Below are positions 38,150-47,162 of a stretch of 64,000 nt of DNA, piece by piece. Within the stretch, counting starts at the first letter, position 1. Each line of letters opens with the position of its first letter. The stretch comes from Candidatus Magasanikbacteria bacterium CG11_big_fil_rev_8_21_14_0_20_39_34 (GTDB taxonomy: Bacteria; Patescibacteriota; Patescibacteriia; Magasanikbacterales; UBA922), in the NCBI GenBank assembly GCA_002787355.1, contig PCWN01000001.1, positions 13,838 through 77,837 on the forward strand, written 5' to 3'. A program made the translations under genes and the position numbers. The notes beneath the pieces are model-generated. The model had not been told where the DNA came from. It saw nothing but the letters and a program-made list of their open reading frames with translations, and searched no databases.

Positions 38150-39160
38150 ATGGATATTATGATTATATTTCTCTATGGTCAAGATACCCTCCGATCTAAA
38201 AGACGTCTGGGGGAGATGACCGAAAAATTTAAGCAAGATCGTGATCCTTCTGGCATAAATATTGTTTCACTGGATTGCCAAAAAGAAAAAAATTTCTCCA
38301 ATGTTTTAGAGCAAATTTTTGCTTCACCCTTTTTAGCAGAGAAACGACTTATCATTATTGAAAATCTTCTTGCCTCACCGCACACAGAACTTCAAAAGAA
38401 GATCCTCTCTCACATTGAGTCACAGGAAATACCAGACTCAAACATTCTTCTTTTTTGTGAAGAGTCCGATACCTTTAAGGGTAAGGAGGCAAAAAAGCTC
38501 TTCTTACGTCTTACTGAAGAAAAGTTTTCACAAAAATTTGATGCCCTCAAAGGTGCACAACTTTTGGGTTGGGTAGATTTAGAAATAAAAGAACGTGGTG
38601 GACAAATAGAAAAACCAGCTCTATTATATTTGGTAGAAAATACCCAAAATGATACTTGGAAAATTTCTCATCTCATTGACCAACTTATTGCCTTTACCGC
38701 AGGGAAGACTATCAAAAAAGAAGATGTTAAAAAATTTGTTACTGAAAATTTTGATGACAACATCTTTAACCTTATTGATGCAATTGTAAAAAAACAACTT
38801 TCCACTGTCTTTCAGATGATTGAACAACAGTACAAAATTTCAAAAGATGCTTCCTATATTTTTTCCATGCTTTTGAGACAATATAAGATTCTCCTACAAC
38901 TCAAAGACCTCGAAAACCGTGGAGAAAATTTAAAAAATCCTCTTATAGCCCAAAAGCTTTCTTTACATCCCTTTGTGGTAAAGAAAACGCTTCCCATGCT
39001 CAGTCACTATACTTTTAAAGAACTCTCTACTATTCATAAAAATCTTCTTGATTTGGATATAAAAATAAAAACGGGCCAAGCAGACCCGAAAATATTATTG
39101 GATGTTTTTATTGGAAGTATTACCCTTTCTGAGAATCTCCATAACACTCCTCAAAAATAA
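38150..39160 (+). CDS. holA: DNA polymerase III delta subunit
   Basis: MIIFLYGQD...LAEKRLIIIEN...ILLFCEE pattern of HolA N-domain and C-terminal helical domain; start chosen at MDIMIIF. Confidence 0.75.
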   Translation: MDIMIIFLYGQDTLRSKRRLGEMTEKFKQDRDPSGINIVSLDCQKEKNFSNVLEQIFASPFLAEKRLIIIENLLASPHTELQKKILSHIESQEIPDSNILLFCEESDTFKGKEAKKLFLRLTEEKFSQKFDALKGAQLLGWVDLEIKERGGQIEKPALLYLVENTQNDTWKISHLIDQLIAFTAGKTIKKEDVKKFVTENFDDNIFNLIDAIVKKQLSTVFQMIEQQYKISKDASYIFSMLLRQYKILLQLKDLENRGENLKNPLIAQKLSLHPFVVKKTLPMLSHYTFKELSTIHKNLLDLDIKIKTGQADPKILLDVFIGSITLSENLHNTPQK

Positions 39161-40295
39161 GATCCCCCAAATCGTTCATAACTTCTTCTAGGTGTCTTGG
39201 GGTATTTCCTCCATTTTTTTTCTGTGCACAAATAACCACACGAGCCAAATTTTCTTTTACATCATTTTGTAAACCTTCGCGGGTGTGCTCTTGTTCTGTA
39301 TCGAGTACCCCTGTACCTTCCACTTTCAAAAATTCATGAACTCCGCCTGGATTGAGATTTTTTTCAGCAATCACGGTATGCCCAAGGAGCTTTCCTTGTT
39401 GATTTTCCCCATCTATGTACGTAATCCCCCCTCTACCTGATTTTTTGGTTGCATAGGCTCCCCCATCTGCCTGTTCTCGTATTCTTCCCTCTGGCCCTTC
39501 TGAAGAAAGAATGTCATCACCTTCTTTGAGTTTTCGTACTCCCAAACTAAAGGAAGCTCGCGCTGCAATGTTCCACTCAGAATATTCTGCAGGAACATCT
39601 CCCTCCCAAGATGCGGTATCCAAAACAACATACTTTTGCCTTGCTTCTCTATCTGGATTTTCTGCAATCACAATGGAAGAAAGACTTTTGTAGATTCTCT
39701 CCATAACCCGCTCAACAGAATCTTTTTTCATGTGGGTAAGCAGAAGAGTAAATTCGTCTCCACCATGCCTGCATGCCGCATCCCCTAAACGAACTTGGCT
39801 TTCAAGTTTTTTTCCTACCAATTCCAACATTCTATCCACCACTTCATGACCATAGGTATCGTTAAACTTTTTCATGAAGTCCATATCAATAAAACAATAC
39901 ACCGCCTCTTCTTCGGTTTTTCCCTCTACCCGAGGCCCCATCATATTTTCTTTCATAGCATTAAACCGTTCACTAAAACGCCCTCTTCGGAGTAAGCCCG
40001 TGAGTTCATCCCTTTCTCCTCGTCGCTTCACGAGAAAATGTACCTGTGTTATTTCTTGTATTTCTTTTCTACGAATTTCTACTAATTTTTTATGTAGTTG
40101 TGGTTCTATACTATTTTCACTACAAAAAATATCCAGTCGTTTCATGGTCTCTCTCATCAATTCATTATAAATAGAGAGTACTTCTTCTCTGTCTGCTTCA
40201 CGAAAGTGTTCTAAAAAAAGATCTTCTGGAGGTAAAACGGGAGACATTTCACGTTCATCTCTTCCTTGTTCTGGTACTTTTCTAATTTCTGGCAT
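39120..40295 (-). CDS. GGDEF-domain protein (putative diguanylate cyclase)
   Basis: intact RHGGDEF active site, upstream CFIDMDFMKKFNDTYGH and downstream ADGGAYATKKSGRG blocks; N-terminal region without recognisable sensor domain; 41-bp convergent overlap with holA. Confidence 0.8.
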   Translation of the reverse strand: MPEIRKVPEQGRDEREMSPVLPPEDLFLEHFREADREEVLSIYNELMRETMKRLDIFCSENSIEPQLHKKLVEIRRKEIQEITQVHFLVKRRGERDELTGLLRRGRFSERFNAMKENMMGPRVEGKTEEEAVYCFIDMDFMKKFNDTYGHEVVDRMLELVGKKLESQVRLGDAACRHGGDEFTLLLTHMKKDSVERVMERIYKSLSSIVIAENPDREARQKYVVLDTASWEGDVPAEYSEWNIAARASFSLGVRKLKEGDDILSSEGPEGRIREQADGGAYATKKSGRGGITYIDGENQQGKLLGHTVIAEKNLNPGGVHEFLKVEGTGVLDTEQEHTREGLQNDVKENLARVVICAQKKNGGNTPRHLEEVMNDLGDLIFEECYGDSQKG

Positions 40296-40364
40296 ACAAT
40301 CCTAAAATTTATTGAAACAAAAACCTCGATAAAGGTTCATCGAGGTTTAGTATATCTTATTTTT

Positions 40365-40631
40365 TTACTTTTTTGCAACTTTATTTGCTTTTTTGGCCAA
40401 CCGTGAAAGCTTTCTTGCTGCGGTGTTTTTTGTCAAAACTCCCTTTTTTGCAGCTTTTCCAAGCTTCTTTTGTACCATTTGAAGGGTCTTTTGGATATCC
40501 TTCTCTCCAGCATCCAGAGCTTTTGTCATTTGTTTTACTGCTCCTTTATAGGCTTTCTTTACAACAAGATTTTGCTTTGTTCTTTTTTCTGCCTGGCGGA
40601 GAGCCTTTTTGGCATTTCTTAAATTTGGCAT
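40365..40631 (-). CDS. rpsT: 30S ribosomal protein S20
   Basis: 88 aa, Lys/Ala-rich, MPNLRNAKKALRQAEKR start typical of bS20. Confidence 0.9.
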   Translation of the reverse strand: MPNLRNAKKALRQAEKRTKQNLVVKKAYKGAVKQMTKALDAGEKDIQKTLQMVQKKLGKAAKKGVLTKNTAARKLSRLAKKANKVAKK

Positions 40632-40723
40632 ATTTGGTTATGTTTTGTTTATAATTCCGACGTGAGAGTAGCCTGAGTATAGCGAAAATAGTTCATAATG
40701 TCAAGTACTTCTTAATTCTCTGG

Positions 40724-41845
40724 CTATTGGCGTATAGGCATTATCAAATAGAGATAGTCATCTCTACCCTTTTGTTGCAACATGCATGCAGCGTCTAAAC
40801 TATTCATAAGAAACTCTACTTCATCCCCATCAAACTGGGATAGGCCATCCAATACATACCGAAAGTTAAGAAGAATAACATTTTCTTCCCCCTCCACCAA
40901 AGCATCTACCTTGGATGAATGCTCTCCCGTTTGGCTGCTCATTGAAGCTACCAAAATTCCCCCCTCCGAAGGACTCAAAGTAAAGTTCACTCCATTGATT
41001 CCCGTAGAAGAAAAAAGACTCGCTGCTTTAATTTTTTTACTGAACACATCCTTTGATACGGTTGCCTTGGTCTTAAATTCCGTTGGTATAATCTGACCAT
41101 AGTCTGGATATTTCCCCGCCACCAATCGTGTAGTAAATTCAAATGTATCATACCGAAGACCAAACTGGTTATCACTCACCCACAAACGAACTTGTGTTTC
41201 TTTTTCACTTACTCGGTTGGAGAGCAGTCGTACCAGCTCAAGTATGGCACGAGAAGGAACAATACATTCCACACGATCACTTCCTTGTGCAACAGAAACT
41301 TTTTTTTCTGCCAGTCTATAAGAATCGGTTGCTGCCAAAACCAAACCGGAAAACCGTTCTGTAAAAAACCCACAGTAAACTCCTGAAAGTTCTGGGCGGA
41401 TATCATTTCTTGCAGAAGCCACAACGGTTTTGGAAAGTGCTTCACGAAATGGGTCAACCAGAAGAGTATACACCGCTCCTTCTTCTGCTTCTGGGATGAT
41501 AGGAAATTCATCGGCTGGTGTCCCTTTTATTTTTGTTTGTGAACCAACACAAGAAAGGGAAAGTTCATTATCTTGAAGTTCAATTTCAATTTGTTGATCC
41601 GAAATAAGTGAAACAAAATCAGTAAGTGTCTTTGCCGGTATAGTAAACCTTCCCGGTTTTTCTACCTTTGCACGAAGAGTGGAGCGAATAGCAATTTCCA
41701 GGTTGGTACTAATAAGTTCTACTTTTGATTCGGTTGCATCTATAAGAATATGAGAAAGTATCGGAAGGTTATTTTGTTTTCCTGCCAATGGTGTTGTTTG
41801 TGCGAGTGCGTGGGCCATGTTGTCTTTGGTGCAAACAAATTTCAT
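40724..41845 (-). CDS. dnaN: DNA polymerase III beta subunit (sliding clamp)
   Basis: 373 aa; MKFVCTKDNMAHALAQTTPLAGKQNNLPILSHILI N-terminus and three-domain length; directly downstream of dnaA. Confidence 0.92.
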   Translation of the reverse strand: MKFVCTKDNMAHALAQTTPLAGKQNNLPILSHILIDATESKVELISTNLEIAIRSTLRAKVEKPGRFTIPAKTLTDFVSLISDQQIEIELQDNELSLSCVGSQTKIKGTPADEFPIIPEAEEGAVYTLLVDPFREALSKTVVASARNDIRPELSGVYCGFFTERFSGLVLAATDSYRLAEKKVSVAQGSDRVECIVPSRAILELVRLLSNRVSEKETQVRLWVSDNQFGLRYDTFEFTTRLVAGKYPDYGQIIPTEFKTKATVSKDVFSKKIKAASLFSSTGINGVNFTLSPSEGGILVASMSSQTGEHSSKVDALVEGEENVILLNFRYVLDGLSQFDGDEVEFLMNSLDAACMLQQKGRDDYLYLIMPIRQ

Positions 41846-42122
41846 ATGTGTATTATTCCGTTACTCTTTTCTTATTTTTCTTAATTATTAAATAGTATTA
41901 GTAATAGGTCTTGTGGATAGTGTGTATAACTTGAGAAATTTAACTTTGTTGAGATGTTTTTTTACTTTTTTCATTCTGGACAAAACTTTCGTAACTTTTT
42001 CATTTTTGGGGACAGTTTTCCACAACTTTTTTTTCGTGGGGATAACTTACTGTTTGTTCACAGGCTATTTCGCAGAAGCTCAACATACTTGTAAACAGGG
42101 TTTTCCACAAAACGTGGATAAA
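41846..42122. promoter_or_regulatory. dnaA-dnaN intergenic region with DnaA-box-like 9-mers (part of oriC)
   Basis: TGTGGATAG at 41911-41919, TTTTCCACA at 42101-42109, CGTGGATAA at 42113-42121 (each 1 mismatch to TTATCCACA); AT-rich. Confidence 0.5.
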
Positions 42123-43496
42123 CTATGCGTTATAAAAACGCTGCTTTATAAGATCCACTTCTTGTTTCAGTTGGTGATTATCTTTAAGCTGTTCTTGGAT
42201 TTTTGTATGTGCATGCATTGCGGTTGTATGGTCACGCCCCCCAAGCTCTTGTCCAATCGCGGGGTAGGACATCTTGAGTTCTTCTCGCAAAAGAAACATA
42301 GTGATTTGTCTGGGGTGTGCCAATCTTTTCTCTCGGCTTTTTCCAAGAATATCTTCGAGTGATACATCGTAGAATGTGGTAACACGCTCTATCAGTTCTT
42401 TTGGTGTTATAGATCGAGAAACACGCTGTGATTCAAAGCTGTCCAAAATAGATTTAACCGATTCTTTTGTTGGTGCAATATTTTTAAGTTGGTGATATGC
42501 AATCACTTTGTTGAGTGCGCCTTCAAGTTCTCGGATATTGCTATCAATAGTGGACGCAATGGTTTGAAGATATTCTTGTGAAATTGGAAAATTCTTTTCT
42601 TGTGCTTTTGATTGCAAAATAGCGACACGCGTCTCAAGGTCCGGTGCTGTAACGTCGGCAATCATTCCCCACTCAAAGCGGCTTCGGAGCCTATCTTCCA
42701 GAGATGGAATGGCCTTTGGAGGACGGTCACTTGTCATGACTACCTGGCGGCCCTGCTGGTGGAGCTCATTGAAGGTATGAAAAAATTCTTCTTGGGTTTG
42801 TTCCTTCCCTCCAATGAATTGGATGTCATCAATAAGAAGAAGATCAGCAGTGCGGTAACGGTCTTTAAAATCTTTGAGTCCGCCTTCTTTTACGGCAGAT
42901 ACAAATTCATTGGTAAACTTTTCACTACTTACATAAAGAATTTTTGCCTGCGAGTTATTGAGAAGAATATTGTGAGCAATAGCCTGGATAAGGTGCGTTT
43001 TTCCGAGTCCAACATCTCCATAGATAAAGAGGGGGTTATAGGCTTCACCGGGGCGATTGGCAACCGCTTGTGCTGCGGCGTGTGCAAGTTCATTTCCCTT
43101 TCCCACAATAAAGGTATCAAAGGTATATTTTGGGTTAAGCCCAAACTGAGAGAGGAGTGTTTTTACCGGTTTGGAGTAAATAGGGCTTTCTTGTGTGGAT
43201 ACGGTTTGCTGTGATTGGAGTTGGCACTCCATTTCCTCTATGTGCTTCATGTTTTCCACCTTGTATTCCACTCGCTTGATAGGTTTTTGTGTTACGCGCT
43301 CCAGGGTTTTTATGATATCGGAGTGATATTTTTTTTCCAACCAACTCTTTGTAAAGGCATTTGGCACACAAATAATAACTTGCCCGTCCTGAAAATGACC
43401 AACTCCGGTATTGCGAAACCAGGTGGTGAAGTTTGCCTTGGATAATTTAAGCTCAAATTCGGCGAGAACGGCCTGCCAGACCTCATAATTTGTCAT
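42123..43496 (-). CDS. dnaA: chromosomal replication initiator DnaA
   Basis: N-terminal VWQAVLAEFELKLSKANFTTWF, AAA+ IYGDVGLGKTHLIQAIAH, domain IV DNA-binding C-terminus; start set at MTNYEVW (ORF track extends 21 codons further). Confidence 0.93.
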   Translation of the reverse strand: MTNYEVWQAVLAEFELKLSKANFTTWFRNTGVGHFQDGQVIICVPNAFTKSWLEKKYHSDIIKTLERVTQKPIKRVEYKVENMKHIEEMECQLQSQQTVSTQESPIYSKPVKTLLSQFGLNPKYTFDTFIVGKGNELAHAAAQAVANRPGEAYNPLFIYGDVGLGKTHLIQAIAHNILLNNSQAKILYVSSEKFTNEFVSAVKEGGLKDFKDRYRTADLLLIDDIQFIGGKEQTQEEFFHTFNELHQQGRQVVMTSDRPPKAIPSLEDRLRSRFEWGMIADVTAPDLETRVAILQSKAQEKNFPISQEYLQTIASTIDSNIRELEGALNKVIAYHQLKNIAPTKESVKSILDSFESQRVSRSITPKELIERVTTFYDVSLEDILGKSREKRLAHPRQITMFLLREELKMSYPAIGQELGGRDHTTAMHAHTKIQEQLKDNHQLKQEVDLIKQRFYNA

Positions 43497-43599
43497 AGGA
43501 AGGAATATTTTATGGGGAAAAAAGATGGTTTCCTCTTTACTTTTGCTATTGTAGCACAATTATACACAGTAAAAAATCGCTAAAAATAGCGAAAAGATA

Positions 43600-43685
43600 G
43601 TAATATGTGGATAAACTGTGTATATTGTGGATAAATTAGAGAAAAAATAAACTTTTTGGTGTGGGTAATCCTGTGGATAATGTGA
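43600..43685. promoter_or_regulatory. cluster of three perfect DnaA boxes upstream of dnaA (oriC / dnaA promoter region)
   Basis: TGTGGATAA (reverse complement of TTATCCACA) at 43606-43614, 43626-43634, 43672-43680, plus degenerate TGTGGGTAA at 43660-43668, all same orientation in AT-rich DNA. Confidence 0.65.
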
Positions 43686-44184
43686 AAAACCATGGAAAAG
43701 AAATATATTTTTCTGGACAAAGAAGGATTTTTTTGATTGAATGACTCCTGCCTGCAAGAAATTCTTCAACGGAGGCAGGCAAGGAGGCCAGATTGGGAAA
43801 CATGAAGAAGGTTCGTGCGAAGCGTCGCAGGGGGCTGGAGCGTTCCAAGAAGCGCCGGCCCTCCCACCTTTCGAAGGGGAGGTGGAAGTGCGGCGGCTGT
43901 CGTAGACGAGCCAATCGTCAGACCCGCAAGGGAAAGGGAAAGGGCGGGAGCACAAATTCTGCTCCAAAAGTTCCTACCTTTCCAGGAGTCTGGTACAATG
44001 CCGACCTCTGGGACTGTAGTGTCCTTGGTTGTGGTAAGTTGGACATCAGTTCCAGTAGTGAGAGATGTCCTCGGTTGAATTGCCCGGGAGTCCGTCCCTC
44101 TCGCTAGACGCGCCCACCACACCACCCCACTCGCAAAAAAAAATTTTTCATAGAAATGTCTTTGTATGAAAAATTTTGCGAGTG

Positions 44185-44220
44185 GAAAAAAGCACCAAAA
44201 TTTCTTTGGTGCTTTTTTCT
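44185..44220. terminator. bidirectional rho-independent terminator
   Basis: AGCACCAAA-ATTTC-TTTGGTGCT hairpin with A-run before and T-run after, downstream of regulator B (-). Confidence 0.5.
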
Positions 44221-44227
44221 TTTTTCC

Positions 44228-45025
44228 CTATTCCCAACCGGAAAGTTTTTGTGCGAAATGAAAGAGCGCATCAAAGGTGGCGGTCATAAACTGTACAATC
44301 CCCTTGTGGCGAAGCGTGATTACCATGGACGTCTCCGGCAGTAAAAAAGAAACCCTATCACCATAAATAAGAGCAAGTTCTTGTATAGGAATTATAGACT
44401 CGGGAAGAGTGCGCAGATCCCAGATGCGTTTTTTGAAGGTTTCATGCACAAGCGAAGAGTTTAAAAACTTTTTTTGCGGGACGTGGAGAGATTCTTTGGT
44501 AAATATTCCATGAGTAATTATATTTTTTTGCACCACACGAGAGAAAAAAACATTCCACTGTTCCGGGGTAAGGAGCTCAAGTTCATCGATAAGTCCCTTT
44601 TTCCCCTCGAGCACACGAAAAGTGGATCCCGCAGGTAAAAGGGTGATCTGTTCATATACGGAAAAATATCCTTTTTTAGAATCAATGACTTCAAAAGTGG
44701 GTTGTTCCTCATGAATTTTTTGGAGAGACTCCAACTCGGGTACAAAGGATTTAAAGTCAAAGGTGAGTTTCGAAAAATAGGTGGCAAGTTCTGCCGGAGG
44801 TTTTGCAAAAAAATGCTGCACCTTTCCCTTTCGGGATTGAAAAAGGAGCTGTCTTTGCAAAAGATTTTTTATGTGGAAGTAGGTTGCTGTTCTTTGCATG
44901 CCAGACTCTTTTGCTATGTCTGTCGTCGTCGCATTCCCCAGCTTCAAAGTAGCAAGGTAGACGTCAATCTCTGGCTTGGAAAGAGAAAATTGTTCCAAAA
45001 TAGTATATATATTTGTAATTTCCAT
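44228..45025 (-). CDS. TrmB-family HTH transcriptional regulator (cassette B)
   Basis: LSKPEIDVYLATLKLGNATTTDIAKESGMQRTATYFHIKNLLQRQLL winged-HTH of TrmB type; paralog of 15251..16009. Confidence 0.7.
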   Translation of the reverse strand: MEITNIYTILEQFSLSKPEIDVYLATLKLGNATTTDIAKESGMQRTATYFHIKNLLQRQLLFQSRKGKVQHFFAKPPAELATYFSKLTFDFKSFVPELESLQKIHEEQPTFEVIDSKKGYFSVYEQITLLPAGSTFRVLEGKKGLIDELELLTPEQWNVFFSRVVQKNIITHGIFTKESLHVPQKKFLNSSLVHETFKKRIWDLRTLPESIIPIQELALIYGDRVSFLLPETSMVITLRHKGIVQFMTATFDALFHFAQKLSGWE

Positions 45026-45126
45026 AGAGTATTTTTCTGTAGTATAACATATATTTTATATTTGTAAAAAAAATTTTTCTACAAATAGTATTGAAATAAA
45101 GCTAAAAACATGATATTTTTCATAAA

Positions 45127-46215
45127 ATGTTAACTATAATTTACAAAAATATGAAAAAATTTTTACTTTTTCTTCCACTGATATTCACTCTCTATGGGTG
45201 TGGTCCTGCAATACAGAAAAATGTCTCTTCTCCCATACGTATTGGGTTTATTGCTCCTATCACCGGGGACCTCGCAGACCTTGGAAATGATACGTTGGCT
45301 TCTGCACAAATTGCTATTGATGAAGTAAATGAAAATGGTGGAGTAAATGGACAGAAACTGGAATTAGTGGTGGAAGACGGAAGATGTAGTGCGAAAGATG
45401 CTCCACAGGCGGCAAGCAAACTTATCAATGTAGACGATGTTCAGGTGATTATGGCCATGTGTTCACCAGAAGTATTGGCAACCGCGGGAATGGCAAATAA
45501 CCAAAAACGAGTATTGATTTCTTCTTGTGCCTCAGCCCCAACAGTTACCGATGCAGGAGACTATGTATTTCGTACCTACCCGTCAGACAGCTTCCAGGGT
45601 AGGTTTGCTGCAGAGTATGCATACAATACGCTCGGAAAAAGAAAGGCTGCCATCTTGGCTATGCAAAATGACTGGGGAAAAGGATTAGAAAATGTTTTTG
45701 CGAAAAGGTTTCAAGAACTTGGTGGTGAAGTTGTTCTTATACAGGAACACACACAGGATTCTCGTGATATGCGTTCACAAATCACAAAAATCAAAGAACT
45801 CAATCCAGATATCCTTTATTTTCCTTCCTTTACGGAACCAAGCATTGCGGGACTCAAGCAGATACATGATCTTGACTTGCATACGACCATACTTGGTGGA
45901 GACGCTTGGAATGATCCTAAACTTCAGAAAAGTGATTATGCAAAGGGAGTACAGTTTGTTATTCCCAAACCAAACTATAATAAAGATTGGATACAAAAAA
46001 TGGAAATGCGACATGCTGGACAAACAGTTTGTGCGCCCTCTGCATATGACAATGTAAAAATTCTTGCAGACATCATAAAACAAGTTGGAAATGATGGGGA
46101 AAAAATAAAAGACCAGCTCTACCGGGTAGAGGGGTATGAAGGAGTAAACGGAGATATTACATTTGATCAAAATGGAGATATCACGGATGCGCAGTATGAA
46201 GTAGTCAAATTATAA
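45127..46215 (+). CDS. LivJ/Peripla_BP_6-family substrate-binding lipoprotein (cassette B)
   Basis: lipobox LYGCGPA; IRIGFIAPITGDLADLG...GGVNGQKLELVVEDGRCSAKDAPQAASKLI conserved SBP core. Confidence 0.85.
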   Translation: MLTIIYKNMKKFLLFLPLIFTLYGCGPAIQKNVSSPIRIGFIAPITGDLADLGNDTLASAQIAIDEVNENGGVNGQKLELVVEDGRCSAKDAPQAASKLINVDDVQVIMAMCSPEVLATAGMANNQKRVLISSCASAPTVTDAGDYVFRTYPSDSFQGRFAAEYAYNTLGKRKAAILAMQNDWGKGLENVFAKRFQELGGEVVLIQEHTQDSRDMRSQITKIKELNPDILYFPSFTEPSIAGLKQIHDLDLHTTILGGDAWNDPKLQKSDYAKGVQFVIPKPNYNKDWIQKMEMRHAGQTVCAPSAYDNVKILADIIKQVGNDGEKIKDQLYRVEGYEGVNGDITFDQNGDITDAQYEVVKL

Positions 46216-46271
46216 CCGGCGTAAAAAAACAAAAAAGACCTTGGCAGATGCCGAGGTCTTTTTTAAATTTG

Positions 46272-47039
46272 TTATTTGTGTTCGTCATCTGGTTCCGGAA
46301 GAAGATCCCAAAGCATTTCAAAGGTAGCACGAAAGACATCCACCATGGCTGGGATCTGAATGACTACGGCAAGTGCAGAAAGTTTTGGACTCACTACGAT
46401 AATTTTATCGGAGAACACATTCATGGTAGAACGAAAAGAATATTGTGTTGGCATATACTTCCATTCACGAAGGAGCTCCTTTTCTTTTGGATTGGTTTCA
46501 CGGGATTCATCACTTAAAATAATTCTTGAGCGTACCCCACTTTGTGCACGGCGCTTTCGGTATTCAATAAACCACTCGGTGTCCAACTGTTCCCAATATA
46601 CTGCACTTCCAATAACGAGTTGGGTTTTATTATAAGACTCTTCAAGAACTTGATCATAAAAAACTTTCAACTCGGAAAGGGTTTCAATATAGCGTAAACC
46701 CTGTGGAGCTTCGCTATTGCCTTGAAGGGTCTGGAGCATGGGAATAATATTTTCAAAGGCTTCTAATTTTTTTTCTTGTTGCTGAATAACTTGCGTTGGC
46801 TTTTGCGCATAGTAGAGACGAGTATTATCTTTGAAATAGGTTTGTGCGAATCCTTTTTTTGAAAGAGATTTTAAAATGGCATACACGGTAGTACGCTTAA
46901 TTCCCATAGTACTTGCCACCTTACTAGCAGCGGCTCCACCAAGTGAGAGCAGAGTAATATAGGCATCCACTTCTTGATCGGTGAGGCCAAGTCTCTTTAT
47001 AATAGTTCTATTTTGCATATATCCACAATAATGTGTCAA
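46272..47039 (-). CDS. TrmB-family HTH transcriptional regulator (cassette C)
   Basis: LGLTDQEVDAYITLLSLGGAAASKVASTMGIKRTTVYAILKSLSKKGF TrmB-type HTH. Confidence 0.7.
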   Translation of the reverse strand: MTHYCGYMQNRTIIKRLGLTDQEVDAYITLLSLGGAAASKVASTMGIKRTTVYAILKSLSKKGFAQTYFKDNTRLYYAQKPTQVIQQQEKKLEAFENIIPMLQTLQGNSEAPQGLRYIETLSELKVFYDQVLEESYNKTQLVIGSAVYWEQLDTEWFIEYRKRRAQSGVRSRIILSDESRETNPKEKELLREWKYMPTQYSFRSTMNVFSDKIIVVSPKLSALAVVIQIPAMVDVFRATFEMLWDLLPEPDDEHK

Positions 47040-47162
47040 AAAAAAACAACATCACAATATTTATACATATAATATAGCTTATTTTAAATAAAAGTCAATG
47101 TATTTTAGTTGAAAAACCTAGACACAAAAGAGAAGGGTGCTATGATGAGGGGTAATTCTTAA

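Noticed and set aside
43560-43967. 135-aa minus-strand ORF spanning the DnaA-box cluster
   Set aside because: Runs through the AT-rich origin and DnaA boxes into the G+C-rich segment and has no protein-like features. The region is better explained as oriC plus an inserted islet.
43740-44130. RNase P RNA / tmRNA / SRP RNA in the G+C-rich segment next to oriC
   Set aside because: Could not find the conserved P4 (AGGAAAGTCCGGGCTCC), tmRNA tag/T-arm or SRP domain IV motifs on either strand by eye. Left as an unexplained islet rather than called as ncRNA.
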